DNA of 64,000 nucleotides, from the UHGV virus genome UHGV-1370948; one strand, given 5' to 3'. The notes beneath the pieces are model-generated. The model was given only the letters and a program-made list of their open reading frames with translations. It was not told the DNA's origin and ran no database searches. Made by a program: the position numbers and the translations under genes. This DNA comes from a virus. Positions 20,381-30,841 of this stretch are shown in pieces. Every line of letters starts with the position of its first letter. Within the stretch, counting starts at the first letter, position 1.

Positions 20381-23300
20381 ATGACACAGCAGACCAGAAC
20401 CATCGCCGAATCCAATAACTTCATCGTGCTGGATAAATACGTTACAGAATGGGAAGCCGGTGACCGCTACCAGAGTGAGTCGGAGTTAGAGCGCGAGCTG
20501 ATTCAGGACTTGCGTAATCAGGGCTATGAGTTTGTGCCTGATTTAACCTCCCAGTCGGCGATGCTGGCGAATGTCAGGGTGCAACTTCAGACACTGAATC
20601 AGGTGGTGTTTAACGAAGGCGAATGGCGACGTTTTACCGAGCAGTATCTGGATAATCCGAGCGATACGATAGTCGATAAGACCCGTAAAATTCACACCGA
20701 TTACATCTGTGACTTTACCTTCGATGACGGACGACTGGAAAACATCTACCTGATTGACAAGAAAAGCCTTGTCCGTAACAAGGTGCAGGTTATCCAGCAG
20801 TTTGAGCAAACCGGCAGCCATGCCAATCGCTATGATGTCACGGTGCTGGTTAACGGCTTACCTCTGGTGCAAATCGAACTGAAAAAGCGGGGCGTAGCGA
20901 TTCGGGAAGCCTTCAATCAGATACACCGCTACAGCAAAGAGAGCTTTAATACCGAGAACTCCCTGTTCAAATATTTGCAGCTCTTCGTGATTTCAAACGG
21001 AACCGATACCCGTTACTTTGCCAATACCACAAAGCGGGATAAAAACAGCTTTGATTTCACCATGAACTGGGCGCGGTCTGATAACACCCTGATTAAAGAC
21101 CTTAAAGACTTTACCGCCACCTTCTTCCAGAAACACACCTTACTCAATGTTCTGTTCAACTACACCGTGTTTGATGTCAGCAACAATCTGCTGATTATGC
21201 GTCCCTACCAGATAGCAGCGACGGAGCGGATTTTGTGGAAAATCAACGGGGCTTATCAGGCAAAAAAATGGAGCTCCAGAGAGGGGGGCGGCTTTATCTG
21301 GCACACCACAGGTAGTGGTAAAACCTTAACCAGCTTTAAAGCCGCAAGGCTGGCAACTGAACTGGATTTCATTGATAAAGTGTTCTTTGTGGTTGACCGT
21401 AAAGACCTTGATTACCAGACTATGAAGGAGTATCAGCGTTTCTCACCTGACAGCGTTAATGGCTCTGACAGCACCGCAGGGCTGAAGCGTAATCTGGAGA
21501 AGAATGACAATAAAATCATTGTCACCACAATCCAGAAACTGAACAACCTGATGAAAGGTGAAGCCGATTTACCGGTCTATCAGCAACAGGTGGTCTTTAT
21601 CTTCGATGAGTGTCACCGCAGTCAGTTCGGTGAAGCCCAGAAGAACCTGAAAAAGAAATTCAAACGTTTCTATCAGTTTGGCTTTACCGGTACACCGATA
21701 TTTGTCGGTAAAAATGCCTTAGGGGATGAAGACACCGCCAGCGTATTCGGGGCAGAACTACACTCTTACATCATCACCGATGCTATTCGTGATGAAAAGG
21801 TGCTCAAGTTTAAAGTCGATTACAACGACGTTCGCCCGCAGTTCAAAGAGCTGGAAACGGAAACAGACGAAAAGAAACTCAGCGCCGCCGAGAATAAACA
21901 CGCTTTGCTGCATCCGATGCGGATTAGCGAAGTCACGCATTACATCCTGAAGAATTTCCGTCAAAAAACACATCGGGCATTCTCTGGTGCTACAGGCTTC
22001 AATGCCATGTTTGCCGTCAGCAGTGTGGATGCAGCCAAAGCCTACTATGAAGCGTTCAGAATCATACAGCAGTCGGCTGTTGAACAGGATAAGAACTACA
22101 AGCCTCTGAAGGTGGCGACCATCTTCTCCTTTGCCGCCAATGAAGAGCAGGACGCGGTCGGTGATATCAATGATGAAGGGTTTGATGTCACGGCGATGAA
22201 CAGCAGTGCGCGGGAGTTTCTGGAATCGGCTATCAGTGACTACAATGCCATGTTTAAGGTTAACCATAGTACTGATGGCAACAACTTCCAGAACTACTAT
22301 CGTGACCTCTCTGAGCGCGTCAAAAAGCAGGAAGTAGACCTGCTGATTGTGGTCGGGATGTTCCTGACCGGATTTGATGCCCCGACACTCAATACCCTGT
22401 TTGTGGACAAGAACCTGCGCTACCACGGCCTGATGCAGGCATTCTCCCGCACTAACCGGATTTATAACGCCACCAAAACCTTCGGGAATATTGTCACCTT
22501 CCGTGATTTAGAACAGGCCACAGTGGATGCCATTACCCTGTTCGGGAAGAGCAATACCCGAAGCGTGGTGATGGAAAAAAGTTATGACGAGTACATGGAA
22601 GGCTTCACGGACACGCTTACCGGAGAGGCGCGACGTGGCTTCACAGATATCGTGAGCGAGCTGGAGACGCGTTTCCCGAAACCCGCAGACATTGAGTCCG
22701 AAAAAGAGAAAAAAGCCTTCGTTAAGCTGTTCGGGGAATATCTTCGGGTAGAGAACATACTGCAAAACTACGATGAGTTTACCACGCTGAAAGCGCTGCA
22801 AACTGTTGACCTCAGTGACCCGGTAGCCGTGGAGGCGTTTAAAGCCGGGCACTATCTGGATGATGAGGCTTTCGCTGTGCTCCAGACAGTACGCTTACCC
22901 GCTGAGCGTAAAATTCAGGACTATCGCTCCAGCTACAACGATATCCGTGAGTGGCAGCGCCGTGAGCGTGATGCAAACACCAAAGATAAAAATAGCGTTG
23001 ACTGGGATGATGTGGTCTTTGAGATTGATTTGCTGAAATCGCAGGAGATTAACCTCGATTACATCCTGGGGCTGATTTACGAGCATCATCAAAAGAGTAC
23101 GGATAAAGAGACGCTGAAAGAGGAAGTGAAGCGCTTAATCCGGGCCAGTCTGGGGAACCGTGCAAAAGAGGGGCTGATGGTCGATTTTATCGAACAGACG
23201 AATCTCGATGCCCTGCCGGGCAAAGAGGGCGTCATTGAAGCCTTCTATACCTTTGCACAACAGGCTCAGCAGCGTGAGGCAGAAGCCTTAATCAAAGAGG

Positions 23301-23503
23301 AAAACCTGAATGAGGACGCCGCCCGGCGCTACATCAGAAATTCTCTCAAGCGCGAATATGCCACGGAGAACGGCACTGCGCTGAATGAAACATTACCTAA
23401 GCTCAGTCCGCTGAACCCACAATACAGAACCAAAAAGCAGACGGTCTTTCAGAAGTTCGTGGCCTTTATCGATAAGTTCAAAGGCGTCGGTGGAAGTGTC
23501 TGA
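20381..23503 (+). CDS. hsdR: type I restriction endonuclease subunit HsdR
   Basis: 1040 aa, helicase motifs TGSGKT and DEAH-box FDECHRS. Confidence 0.9.
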   Translation: MTQQTRTIAESNNFIVLDKYVTEWEAGDRYQSESELERELIQDLRNQGYEFVPDLTSQSAMLANVRVQLQTLNQVVFNEGEWRRFTEQYLDNPSDTIVDKTRKIHTDYICDFTFDDGRLENIYLIDKKSLVRNKVQVIQQFEQTGSHANRYDVTVLVNGLPLVQIELKKRGVAIREAFNQIHRYSKESFNTENSLFKYLQLFVISNGTDTRYFANTTKRDKNSFDFTMNWARSDNTLIKDLKDFTATFFQKHTLLNVLFNYTVFDVSNNLLIMRPYQIAATERILWKINGAYQAKKWSSREGGGFIWHTTGSGKTLTSFKAARLATELDFIDKVFFVVDRKDLDYQTMKEYQRFSPDSVNGSDSTAGLKRNLEKNDNKIIVTTIQKLNNLMKGEADLPVYQQQVVFIFDECHRSQFGEAQKNLKKKFKRFYQFGFTGTPIFVGKNALGDEDTASVFGAELHSYIITDAIRDEKVLKFKVDYNDVRPQFKELETETDEKKLSAAENKHALLHPMRISEVTHYILKNFRQKTHRAFSGATGFNAMFAVSSVDAAKAYYEAFRIIQQSAVEQDKNYKPLKVATIFSFAANEEQDAVGDINDEGFDVTAMNSSAREFLESAISDYNAMFKVNHSTDGNNFQNYYRDLSERVKKQEVDLLIVVGMFLTGFDAPTLNTLFVDKNLRYHGLMQAFSRTNRIYNATKTFGNIVTFRDLEQATVDAITLFGKSNTRSVVMEKSYDEYMEGFTDTLTGEARRGFTDIVSELETRFPKPADIESEKEKKAFVKLFGEYLRVENILQNYDEFTTLKALQTVDLSDPVAVEAFKAGHYLDDEAFAVLQTVRLPAERKIQDYRSSYNDIREWQRRERDANTKDKNSVDWDDVVFEIDLLKSQEINLDYILGLIYEHHQKSTDKETLKEEVKRLIRASLGNRAKEGLMVDFIEQTNLDALPGKEGVIEAFYTFAQQAQQREAEALIKEENLNEDAARRYIRNSLKREYATENGTALNETLPKLSPLNPQYRTKKQTVFQKFVAFIDKFKGVGGSV

Positions 23504-23598
23504 TACATCTGATATCACATGGGAGGCTTCGGCCTCCTGATTAAGTTCTCAGGATTTCTCTCCGCCATATGAAACCATACGGAATAGTTGTGCTGTAG

Positions 23599-23889
23599 GT
23601 GATTAAGTCATTTGCGAACAAGTGTCCAACTTATTTGCTAATAGGGGATCAGATAAATGCGAATGCACAGGTATTGGCAAAGCGTATGGAGTCTCTTGGT
23701 GCCTTGACAATGCCGAAAAATAGGCTCTCACTTAAACACAATTGCTACAAGATTAAGCTAAAGAATGACGGTTATCGTCTGGCCTATACGGTCAGAGACG
23801 ACGAGAACGGGGAAGTTAGCGTTGTTGCCGTGGATAGACGTGATGAAATTTACAACGAATTGAAGAAAAGGCTTGATGCTGATGTTTGA
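23599..23889 (+). CDS. HigB/RelE-family toxin-like protein
   Basis: MIKSF N-terminus; C-terminal GYRLAYTVRDDENGEVSVVAVDRRDEIY matches RelE/HigB beta-sheet core. Confidence 0.45.
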   Translation: MIKSFANKCPTYLLIGDQINANAQVLAKRMESLGALTMPKNRLSLKHNCYKIKLKNDGYRLAYTVRDDENGEVSVVAVDRRDEIYNELKKRLDADV

Positions 23890-24202
23890 TAGATTATCCC
23901 CAGAGCAAATTCGCGAGTTCCTGCTGGAACAAGGGTTTTTGAGAGTACGCCAGCTCGAAGACAGTAGTTGGATCGGTGTGCTAAGGCTTGCTTTTACAAC
24001 GTCGGTCTGTATGGATATTGACGAATTTTCGCCCTTTCGTTATCGCTGGTGTTTCGCTGACCCAGCAGAGGCAAACCACTTTTTCGAGACGGCCGTAGAT
24101 TATGACGAAGCGCCGACGAAGCGCGATTCGTTGAAGGGGCACCGGTATCGTGGTGAGCCGCTTCTGCGTGAAAAGGATGAGTTCGGCTTTGATAAGTGGT
24201 AA
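23876..24202 (+). CDS. hypothetical protein (possible non-canonical partner of HigB-like gene)
   Basis: Overlaps HigB-like stop; no recognisable HTH. Confidence 0.3.
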   Translation: MLMFDRLSPEQIREFLLEQGFLRVRQLEDSSWIGVLRLAFTTSVCMDIDEFSPFRYRWCFADPAEANHFFETAVDYDEAPTKRDSLKGHRYRGEPLLREKDEFGFDKW

Positions 24203-24285
24203 AAACTGTGGTTTTACTTGCACTGCGCTACAGTATAGAATGACAAGCGTTGTACATAGCCAGCAAAATGCGGGCGGTAAAAATT

Positions 24286-24810
24286 ATGAAAGAATCAATC
24301 ACAAAAATTGCAATGGTTTTGGCGCTTGCCTTATCCGGGATAACGCATGAATCGTGCGCTAAAGAAACTGTATGCGCTCAGCACATCGTTGCCCCTGGCA
24401 TCGGCGTATCGTTCAGCGAGGAAGTTATGTCAAACATCAATAAGATGAATGAGGTAACTGCAGAAGGTCGTGAACTTTACGCGAGAATTGATGAACTTGC
24501 AGAACGCGACTATGAAGCGGCAAAAATGGCTGCTGAGGGGATGCGTGCAGACATCATCGGAGCCTTGGCTATTGCTGAATTTTTATTCCAGGCACTGCCA
24601 GATGTTTCGGTGATCCGTTCATTCCCCAAAGACTCGATGCAGTACAAACTTTGCAGAGCGGTCGCAGAAGCACGACACAATGCAAAAAATCTGGACAACC
24701 TGTTAAATCAGATACTGAACGTCAGCCCGTATCGTGAGTCAAACATCAACCACGATGCACTGACATTACTAGCGGAACGTGGTACAAGGGCTGCGGCTAA
24801 ATGGCATTGA
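24286..24810 (+). CDS. secreted hypothetical protein (signal peptide)
   Basis: MKESITKIAMVLALALSGITHESCA signal-like N-terminus. Confidence 0.4.
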   Translation: MKESITKIAMVLALALSGITHESCAKETVCAQHIVAPGIGVSFSEEVMSNINKMNEVTAEGRELYARIDELAERDYEAAKMAAEGMRADIIGALAIAEFLFQALPDVSVIRSFPKDSMQYKLCRAVAEARHNAKNLDNLLNQILNVSPYRESNINHDALTLLAERGTRAAAKWH

Positions 24811-25217
24811 TTGTCGAATTTAACCCGGATACAAGATCCGAGTTTTTAGACCCAACTTTCAAAAAGTACCCCGATTTAGAAAGCCAACTCAAAGCCGAAT
24901 TTATTTATTGTAAGACGAAAAACGTCACAACGAATATTTTCGGCAACGATGCCATTTTCACTTTCCCCTCTTACGCAGTAGAGGCACAGTTGTCTCGCGT
25001 TCATATCAAGCTGCCGAGCGAAGCGCCGTGGCCCCACGGCATACCCGATCGTCAAAAGAAAAGTAACACTTACCTGGTTTACGCCCAGCATATGTGGAAC
25101 CTTTCGAGCTATTCCATTCTGGCTCTTGTAACTCCAGCGCATGACCTAATGAGTGCAGCAAACACTCAACTAATTTCTCGCTTTTCAGCCTACGCAGAGG
25201 CTTTTCACTCCCGTTAA
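24801..25217 (+). CDS. hypothetical protein
   Basis: 138-aa ORF. Confidence 0.35.
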   Translation: MALIVEFNPDTRSEFLDPTFKKYPDLESQLKAEFIYCKTKNVTTNIFGNDAIFTFPSYAVEAQLSRVHIKLPSEAPWPHGIPDRQKKSNTYLVYAQHMWNLSSYSILALVTPAHDLMSAANTQLISRFSAYAEAFHSR

Positions 25218-25324
25218 TCTGCAAGACAGAGTCCCATAAAGACCATCAGATTTCATCAAAACGCCCTTTTGTGATTCCATACCTATAGAGTATGGAATCA
25301 CAGGAAAAAAACGGTTATTCTGGG

Positions 25325-25372
25325 TTGACCTTATAGCTAAAATACCGTTAAATACTGTATATACATACAGTT
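25325..25372 (+). promoter_or_regulatory. sigma70-like promoter (TTGACC-17-TTAAAT) with near-consensus LexA box TACTGTATATACATACAGTT immediately upstream of integrase ATG
   Basis: CTGT-N8-ACAG SOS box at 25353-25372; -35 at 25325-25330, -10 at 25348-25353. Confidence 0.6.
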
Positions 25373-25374
25373 AC

Positions 25375-26421
25375 ATGGAGGCGGCGATGTTAAATTCGTT
25401 CGAGATCGATAAAGCTTTGGAAAATTGTTCTGCTGAAACAGTTCAATATCTCCAGCGCTGCCAAACCATGACCGGCTCACAAATGATGGCCATGGATGCC
25501 GATTCGAAATTCAGTGAAGCCTTTATGTTTTTCACGCGTTTATCACTCCTTGTGACTCGGCGGCGTCCTGAGCTGGGTGTTCACTGCATTCTCATTCACG
25601 CCATGCCGGTTATCGGCGACAAAAAAGTTTCGGACATCAACCGCCTCACAGTTAACAGACTAATTAATGCCTTGGTGTTGGATGGCAAGTTAGTACAAAG
25701 CCGGCGCGTTTTTTCTGTTTTAAAACAGTTCCTTGGGTGGTGTGAGTTCCAGGGCGTGATCGAGACTTCCCCACTTGGAGCGATGTCTCTTAACAAAGTT
25801 GCTGGCGGACTGAAGCCAAGACCTCGGGAGCGTGTGTTGTCGGATGATGAGCTGGAAAAATTTTGGCACATGTGGGACTTTGCCGATGTTTCAGAGAGCA
25901 CGCGTTGGGCCGCGCGTTTCGTGCTCTGCTCAGCCAGACGGCCGGATGAAGTGCTCCGGGCTAAACGAGCTGAATTCGATCTCAATAATGATGTATGGAA
26001 TCAGGGTAGTAGGAATAAGTCTGGTCGTGAACATTCACTACCCATTAGCCCCATAATGAAGCTGTGCATTAATAAAATGATGGCCGCAGCCGGGAATAGC
26101 GAGTGGCTAGTTCCCTCCCCAAAGAATGAGACGAAGCCTGCATCCAAGGTTCTGATAGCTCAGGCATCAAGAAGAATTATGAGTAGAGATTATCTTTCCG
26201 ATAACATCCCGGCCCCCTTCGAAATCAGAGATTTACGAAGAACGGCCAGAAGCACACTCTCTCGACTTGGTGTAGAGCAAGACGTGGCTCGTAAAATCAT
26301 GAACCACAGTCTTGAGGGAATAGATCGCGTCTATGACAGACACGACTATCTTGACCGAATGTCCGAGGCAATGTCAGCATACTCTGAATTCTTAATTGAA
26401 ACATGTAAGATCAATCAGTAA
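25375..26421 (+). CDS. int: tyrosine site-specific recombinase/integrase
   Basis: C-terminal catalytic R..HxxR..Y pattern (RDLRRTARSTL..HS..Y). Confidence 0.8.
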   Translation: MEAAMLNSFEIDKALENCSAETVQYLQRCQTMTGSQMMAMDADSKFSEAFMFFTRLSLLVTRRRPELGVHCILIHAMPVIGDKKVSDINRLTVNRLINALVLDGKLVQSRRVFSVLKQFLGWCEFQGVIETSPLGAMSLNKVAGGLKPRPRERVLSDDELEKFWHMWDFADVSESTRWAARFVLCSARRPDEVLRAKRAEFDLNNDVWNQGSRNKSGREHSLPISPIMKLCINKMMAAAGNSEWLVPSPKNETKPASKVLIAQASRRIMSRDYLSDNIPAPFEIRDLRRTARSTLSRLGVEQDVARKIMNHSLEGIDRVYDRHDYLDRMSEAMSAYSEFLIETCKINQ

Positions 26422-26716
26422 TACCTAACTTACTCTTCAGAGCATCATTTTCATTCTTTATTTTTTTAACAAATTCATAGATTTCGGGGAATCTCTCGGA
26501 TAAGTACATCATCATAAAATCGTCTGGCGGCGCACCAACAGCTCTCGCGAATGGGATGACCTTGTCTAACGAAAGATGAGCACGGCCAGATTTGATGAGA
26601 GAAATGTTGTTAGCGTTCTCAAATCCAACTTCTTTTGCAATCTGAGCTTGTGTTTTGCCACAGGTGAGCATCGCTGCGGTCATAAACGGACGGTAACGCC
26701 CTTTGGGTTCGTACAT
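26411..26716 (-). CDS. XRE/Cro-type helix-turn-helix regulator
   Basis: QAQIAKEVGFENANNISLIKSG HTH; convergent with and overlapping integrase 3' end. Confidence 0.55.
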   Translation of the reverse strand: MYEPKGRYRPFMTAAMLTCGKTQAQIAKEVGFENANNISLIKSGRAHLSLDKVIPFARAVGAPPDDFMMMYLSERFPEIYEFVKKIKNENDALKSKLGITD

Positions 26717-27322
26717 GTTATAGTCTGCCTTGTATTGAATTATTTTAGTAAGTAAGTAACCACATACTATTAAATCATTTTAGTAAGTAATCACATATTT
26801 ACGTATTGTTCAAGACTAAACCACTAAACCAAAAATGTAAACCCACACCGCCAACTTTGGGCTACGGCGCTAAATAACCACAAAATAGAATAAAAATCAA
26901 TAGGCTAAGTCTGCTTTTTTGATGCAAATTTGTTGTAATCTTAAAAAAATAATAGTAACTTTGACATGAATCATTTAAGACATACTAATAAGCAATAAAC
27001 TATTTAATGGTATTAACATGAATGCAATTTTGAACTGGATGTCGACGGCGACAAAACTATCAGCAATATCTTTGAGTGACCAAATCGGAGCCGACATCAT
27101 TTGCGAACTGGGCGCGAAAGATGGACACATAGCAGGCTCCGATGATCTTTTTTTCCATATTAATCATCTAGATAAAGATTTCGCTTTAGTACAGGGAATT
27201 TCGAACTACACTCTCATTTGCATTCACACCAACTAAGATTTACCCTTCCTTTTTGGCTTTATACTTTCATTGATTGTGATTATCATACCCATAAATAATA
27301 AGCATTTATTTATGGGTATGTC

Positions 27323-29311
27323 ATGAAAAAGACTTCAGTTAAAGATATCACTAAGTTTCGCGAGGCGATTAAAAACGTCGTTTCAATGCTGGTAGCACGC
27401 AACATCCCCGTCATAGAACGTGGAGATAAGGCATATGTTGAATACAACAAAGCCGGCGAACCTCTCTGCATCTGCATACCATCAATACCCGACGACGCCA
27501 GCGACAAGTTCCTGATGGCGGTACGCGGATTCATCGATCACGAAGTCGCTCACGTCCTTTTCACAGACAGTACGAAAGCCACCAGCTTCGTCTGGAACGC
27601 CGTAGAAGACACCTTCATTGAGCGAAAAATGGGGGAGATGTTCAAAGGCTCCAGAGCAAACCTCATCAACACACAAAAGCATGTCATCGATACGGTTTTC
27701 ATTCCTAAAGAAATGGAGGCCATTGCTGAAAAGCTGGGCGATCAGACCCGTATGTTTATGGAGTTCTATCTGGTTCCCGTGCTGCGTGCTTGGAATGATC
27801 AAACGCCGTTCATCGACTACATGGAAGACCGCTGGGAGCGCGTTAAAGAGCCTGTATCAATCCTGATTAAACATGGCGTCGATAAGATGATCCCCAAAAT
27901 ATGCAGCACGAGCGATAGTGTGGCAGTGGCCTCGCTAATTGTCCGACTACTGGTCGACAAGCCAATGGAAAGTGAAGACCCAGGTGAATCAAAGGAAAAT
28001 GGGGAAGGTAAAGGAAAGTCTTCAAGCGAATCGTCTAATGACGATTGCGGTGATGGCGATCTACCCTGGCATGGCGATGATGAGCCTGAAGATAGTGAGG
28101 AAAAGGATTCCCCAGGATCAGTTGATAACGAAGAGGGGGAAACCGAATCGGCCGACGACGGAGATGGCGGCTCTTCACAGTCAGAAGAAGACAAAAAGGC
28201 TGATGGTATCGGAGACGAACCTGGCGACCCGGAAAGCGGAGCGAGGGATATACCAAAACCAACGAAAGGTGATCTGGAAAAGCTGGAGTCAACCAAACTT
28301 CCAAAAGGCGCCATGGATATGTCTATGGAAGGGGCAATGAAGATGATTATTTCCAGCGAATCCGAATTGTCGACCGGCTATCGTCCGTATGAGCGCACTT
28401 ACGACTTTATGGGGAGGCTTGAGCACGCATCGGAGTTCTTCAGAAACGTTCTGGCCACTTCGCCGAAAGGGTTCCACATGTACGGTGACGCTGATAACTA
28501 CATGGTGATCCCAAAACATGAGGCCGTCTTCAATAAGAATATTAAGCCTCTAATTGGCGATGACATCGTCGCGACACTCGCTAAAGACCTTGAGCGAACG
28601 ATAGCCAGCCAGAACCGCAATCAGTTTGTTCCAGGTCAGCGTCGCGGCCGACTGCATGGCCCAAGTCTGTATCGCCTGTCCGTCGATGATGACCGAGTTT
28701 TTCGCAAGCTGGAGGTCAAACGCGCGGTCAACTCATGCGTGCAGATTGTTATTGATATGTCTGGCTCCATGAGAGGGCAAAAAATCAAGACAGCTTGTGC
28801 AGCAGCCTACACACTGGCGGATGCATTGGCGCGTATCAACGTGAAAACTATGATAACCGGCTTCACAACATCTTCTCTGGCGATGCCTGGGAAGTCCGAG
28901 TTTAACCGCTCTGAAGCGCTTTTTCTGCCAATTATCAAGGGGTGGGAGACGCCGATATCCAGCAAACAAACGATATGCAACCTAGGTGCTCTCGCAGGTA
29001 CGATGATACTGGCTGAAAATATCGATGGAGAAAGCATACTGGCCTTGCTTCAACATTTCTCTGGCCGCCAGGAAGATCGCAAAATCATGATTGTGCTTAG
29101 TGACGGAAGCCCAGCGGCTCAGGGGCGTGGTTTGACTGGCCACCTGAAAATGGTCACAAAACAGATTGAGCAGGATACCGATATCCATCTTCTAGGGATC
29201 GGGATTTTGACAGACGCTCCGCGTCACTTCTACCGCGACAACATCTGTCTGAACAATGTTGGTGATTTAGCCGAAACGCTCATCAAGCAAATGCAACGCC
29301 TACTTTCGTAG
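27323..29311 (+). CDS. CobT-like protein: acidic low-complexity middle + C-terminal von Willebrand A (MIDAS DMSGSM) domain
   Basis: 662 aa; D/E/S-rich region aa ~210-310; vWA motif VQIVIDMSGSMRG. Confidence 0.6.
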   Translation: MKKTSVKDITKFREAIKNVVSMLVARNIPVIERGDKAYVEYNKAGEPLCICIPSIPDDASDKFLMAVRGFIDHEVAHVLFTDSTKATSFVWNAVEDTFIERKMGEMFKGSRANLINTQKHVIDTVFIPKEMEAIAEKLGDQTRMFMEFYLVPVLRAWNDQTPFIDYMEDRWERVKEPVSILIKHGVDKMIPKICSTSDSVAVASLIVRLLVDKPMESEDPGESKENGEGKGKSSSESSNDDCGDGDLPWHGDDEPEDSEEKDSPGSVDNEEGETESADDGDGGSSQSEEDKKADGIGDEPGDPESGARDIPKPTKGDLEKLESTKLPKGAMDMSMEGAMKMIISSESELSTGYRPYERTYDFMGRLEHASEFFRNVLATSPKGFHMYGDADNYMVIPKHEAVFNKNIKPLIGDDIVATLAKDLERTIASQNRNQFVPGQRRGRLHGPSLYRLSVDDDRVFRKLEVKRAVNSCVQIVIDMSGSMRGQKIKTACAAAYTLADALARINVKTMITGFTTSSLAMPGKSEFNRSEALFLPIIKGWETPISSKQTICNLGALAGTMILAENIDGESILALLQHFSGRQEDRKIMIVLSDGSPAAQGRGLTGHLKMVTKQIEQDTDIHLLGIGILTDAPRHFYRDNICLNNVGDLAETLIKQMQRLLS

Positions 29312-29409
29312 CCGTTTTTTTGGGCAAGGATGATAAGTAAATACTTATTTCCTTGTCTGTTATATATAAGTATCATTGACACATCAGAACTACTTCAAAA
29401 GGAAAACAC

Positions 29410-30660
29410 ATGTCGGTCGAATTGCAGAACAAAACAGTCGCTGAACAAGAAAAATCTCGCGAGATCGAAGAAAAGCCTATTTTGTGCAAATGGTGTGGCG
29501 GCGAGACCCATCATGTCGGTTCTCATTTCATTGGAAAAAAATGCTCTAGCATCCCGAAAGAGCACGAAAACAAGACGCCTAATGAATTGATGAAAATCTA
29601 TGTTGCTGCATTTCCTGAAGCCCCGACTATGTCTGCAGCTGCCGCCAAACGTCTGAAAGAGCACCAGGTCAAAAAGAAAGAAGAGCCATCTGTGACTCAC
29701 GTCGGATATGCCGGTTTCGAAGACTACATGGTCGAAAAGGTTGCAGTGCATGAAATACTCGGTCTCGATGCTGACTTATTGAAGACGGCATCTGGCGAAC
29801 CTTTGCGCATCACCGTAAACATCAACAAACCATTCCCGGAATTCGTGCCAAAAGCGAATCCTGACTATGTGTTCGGCGACATCGAGTTGCTTAAAGACGT
29901 GCTTATGATGATCGAGATGCGTATCCCTGGGTATCTATGGGGTCACGCAGGAACCGGCAAGAGCACGCTACCAACTCAGCTTTGCGCTCGACTAAACCGC
30001 CCTATCATCCGTGCGCAGCACACCGCGTCCACTGAAGAGTCGCATATCTGCGGGCAAATTCTTGTGCGCAGTGGTGCGACTTATTTCGAGCCAGGTCTTC
30101 TGGCAAGTGCAATGCGTAACGGGTGGGTTTATCTGGCAGATGAATATGATTTCGCGTTCCCGCAAATCCTTGGCGTTTACCAGCCAGTGTTGGAAGGCGA
30201 ACCACTGATCATCAAAGAAGCGACCCCGGAGTGGCGCTACGTCGAACCGCATAAACGATTCGCTTTCATCGGAACTGGCAACACCAATGGTTCCGGTGAT
30301 GAAACTGGATTGTATCAGGGCACGAATATCCAGAACGCAGCTAACTTCTCTCGTTTCGGCATCGTCTCACACGTCAAGTACATGGACAGGTCTCATGAGT
30401 CCGCGATGCTGGAGAAAATGGGTTTACCGAAAGTGTACGCGACCATGCTTATCGATTTCGCAACCCGAATCCGTAGCGGGTATGAGGCAGGAAATATTAG
30501 CCAACCCATCGGGCCACGTGAACTGCGCAATGCAGCAGTGATTGGAATGGCGCACAAAAACTTCAAGAAAGGCGTGACGAAGTCTTTCATCAATAAATTA
30601 CCGTCCACCAGCGCGGTATCCGCAACCGAGATAGCGCAGCGCATCTTTGGTGATGAATAA
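29410..30660 (+). CDS. CobS/MoxR-like AAA+ ATPase
   Basis: Walker A GHAGTGKST, Walker B VYLADEYDF; adjacent to vWA partner. Confidence 0.6.
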   Translation: MSVELQNKTVAEQEKSREIEEKPILCKWCGGETHHVGSHFIGKKCSSIPKEHENKTPNELMKIYVAAFPEAPTMSAAAAKRLKEHQVKKKEEPSVTHVGYAGFEDYMVEKVAVHEILGLDADLLKTASGEPLRITVNINKPFPEFVPKANPDYVFGDIELLKDVLMMIEMRIPGYLWGHAGTGKSTLPTQLCARLNRPIIRAQHTASTEESHICGQILVRSGATYFEPGLLASAMRNGWVYLADEYDFAFPQILGVYQPVLEGEPLIIKEATPEWRYVEPHKRFAFIGTGNTNGSGDETGLYQGTNIQNAANFSRFGIVSHVKYMDRSHESAMLEKMGLPKVYATMLIDFATRIRSGYEAGNISQPIGPRELRNAAVIGMAHKNFKKGVTKSFINKLPSTSAVSATEIAQRIFGDE

Positions 30661-30841
30661 AGGTTGCTTTGGCTCAGCATTGACAGCCTCGGAAAAAAGC
30701 GAGATCTGCGCCCGATGTGGTGACAGATCTCGCTGTCATGATGAAGCCCGTAAAAACATTGAGGCTATGTTTGGGAAGTTTGTCGGATTCCCGATTGACA
30801 GCGTTAAAAATAAAAAAAGAACCACGAAGGAAAGCACATGA
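30653..30841 (+). CDS. small Cys-rich (zinc-ribbon-like) protein
   Basis: CxxC..C.H pattern, ATGA-coupled to dnaE part 1. Confidence 0.25.
   Translation: MNKGCFGSALTASEKSEICARCGDRSRCHDEARKNIEAMFGKFVGFPIDSVKNKKRTTKEST

Noticed and set aside
26720-27320. att-type direct repeats delimiting the island
   Set aside because: I found only local repeats (two copies of ATTTTAGTAAGTAA.. at 26742 and 26776, and a palindrome at 27280-27318). I could not match them to the left boundary near 17013-17078 by eye.
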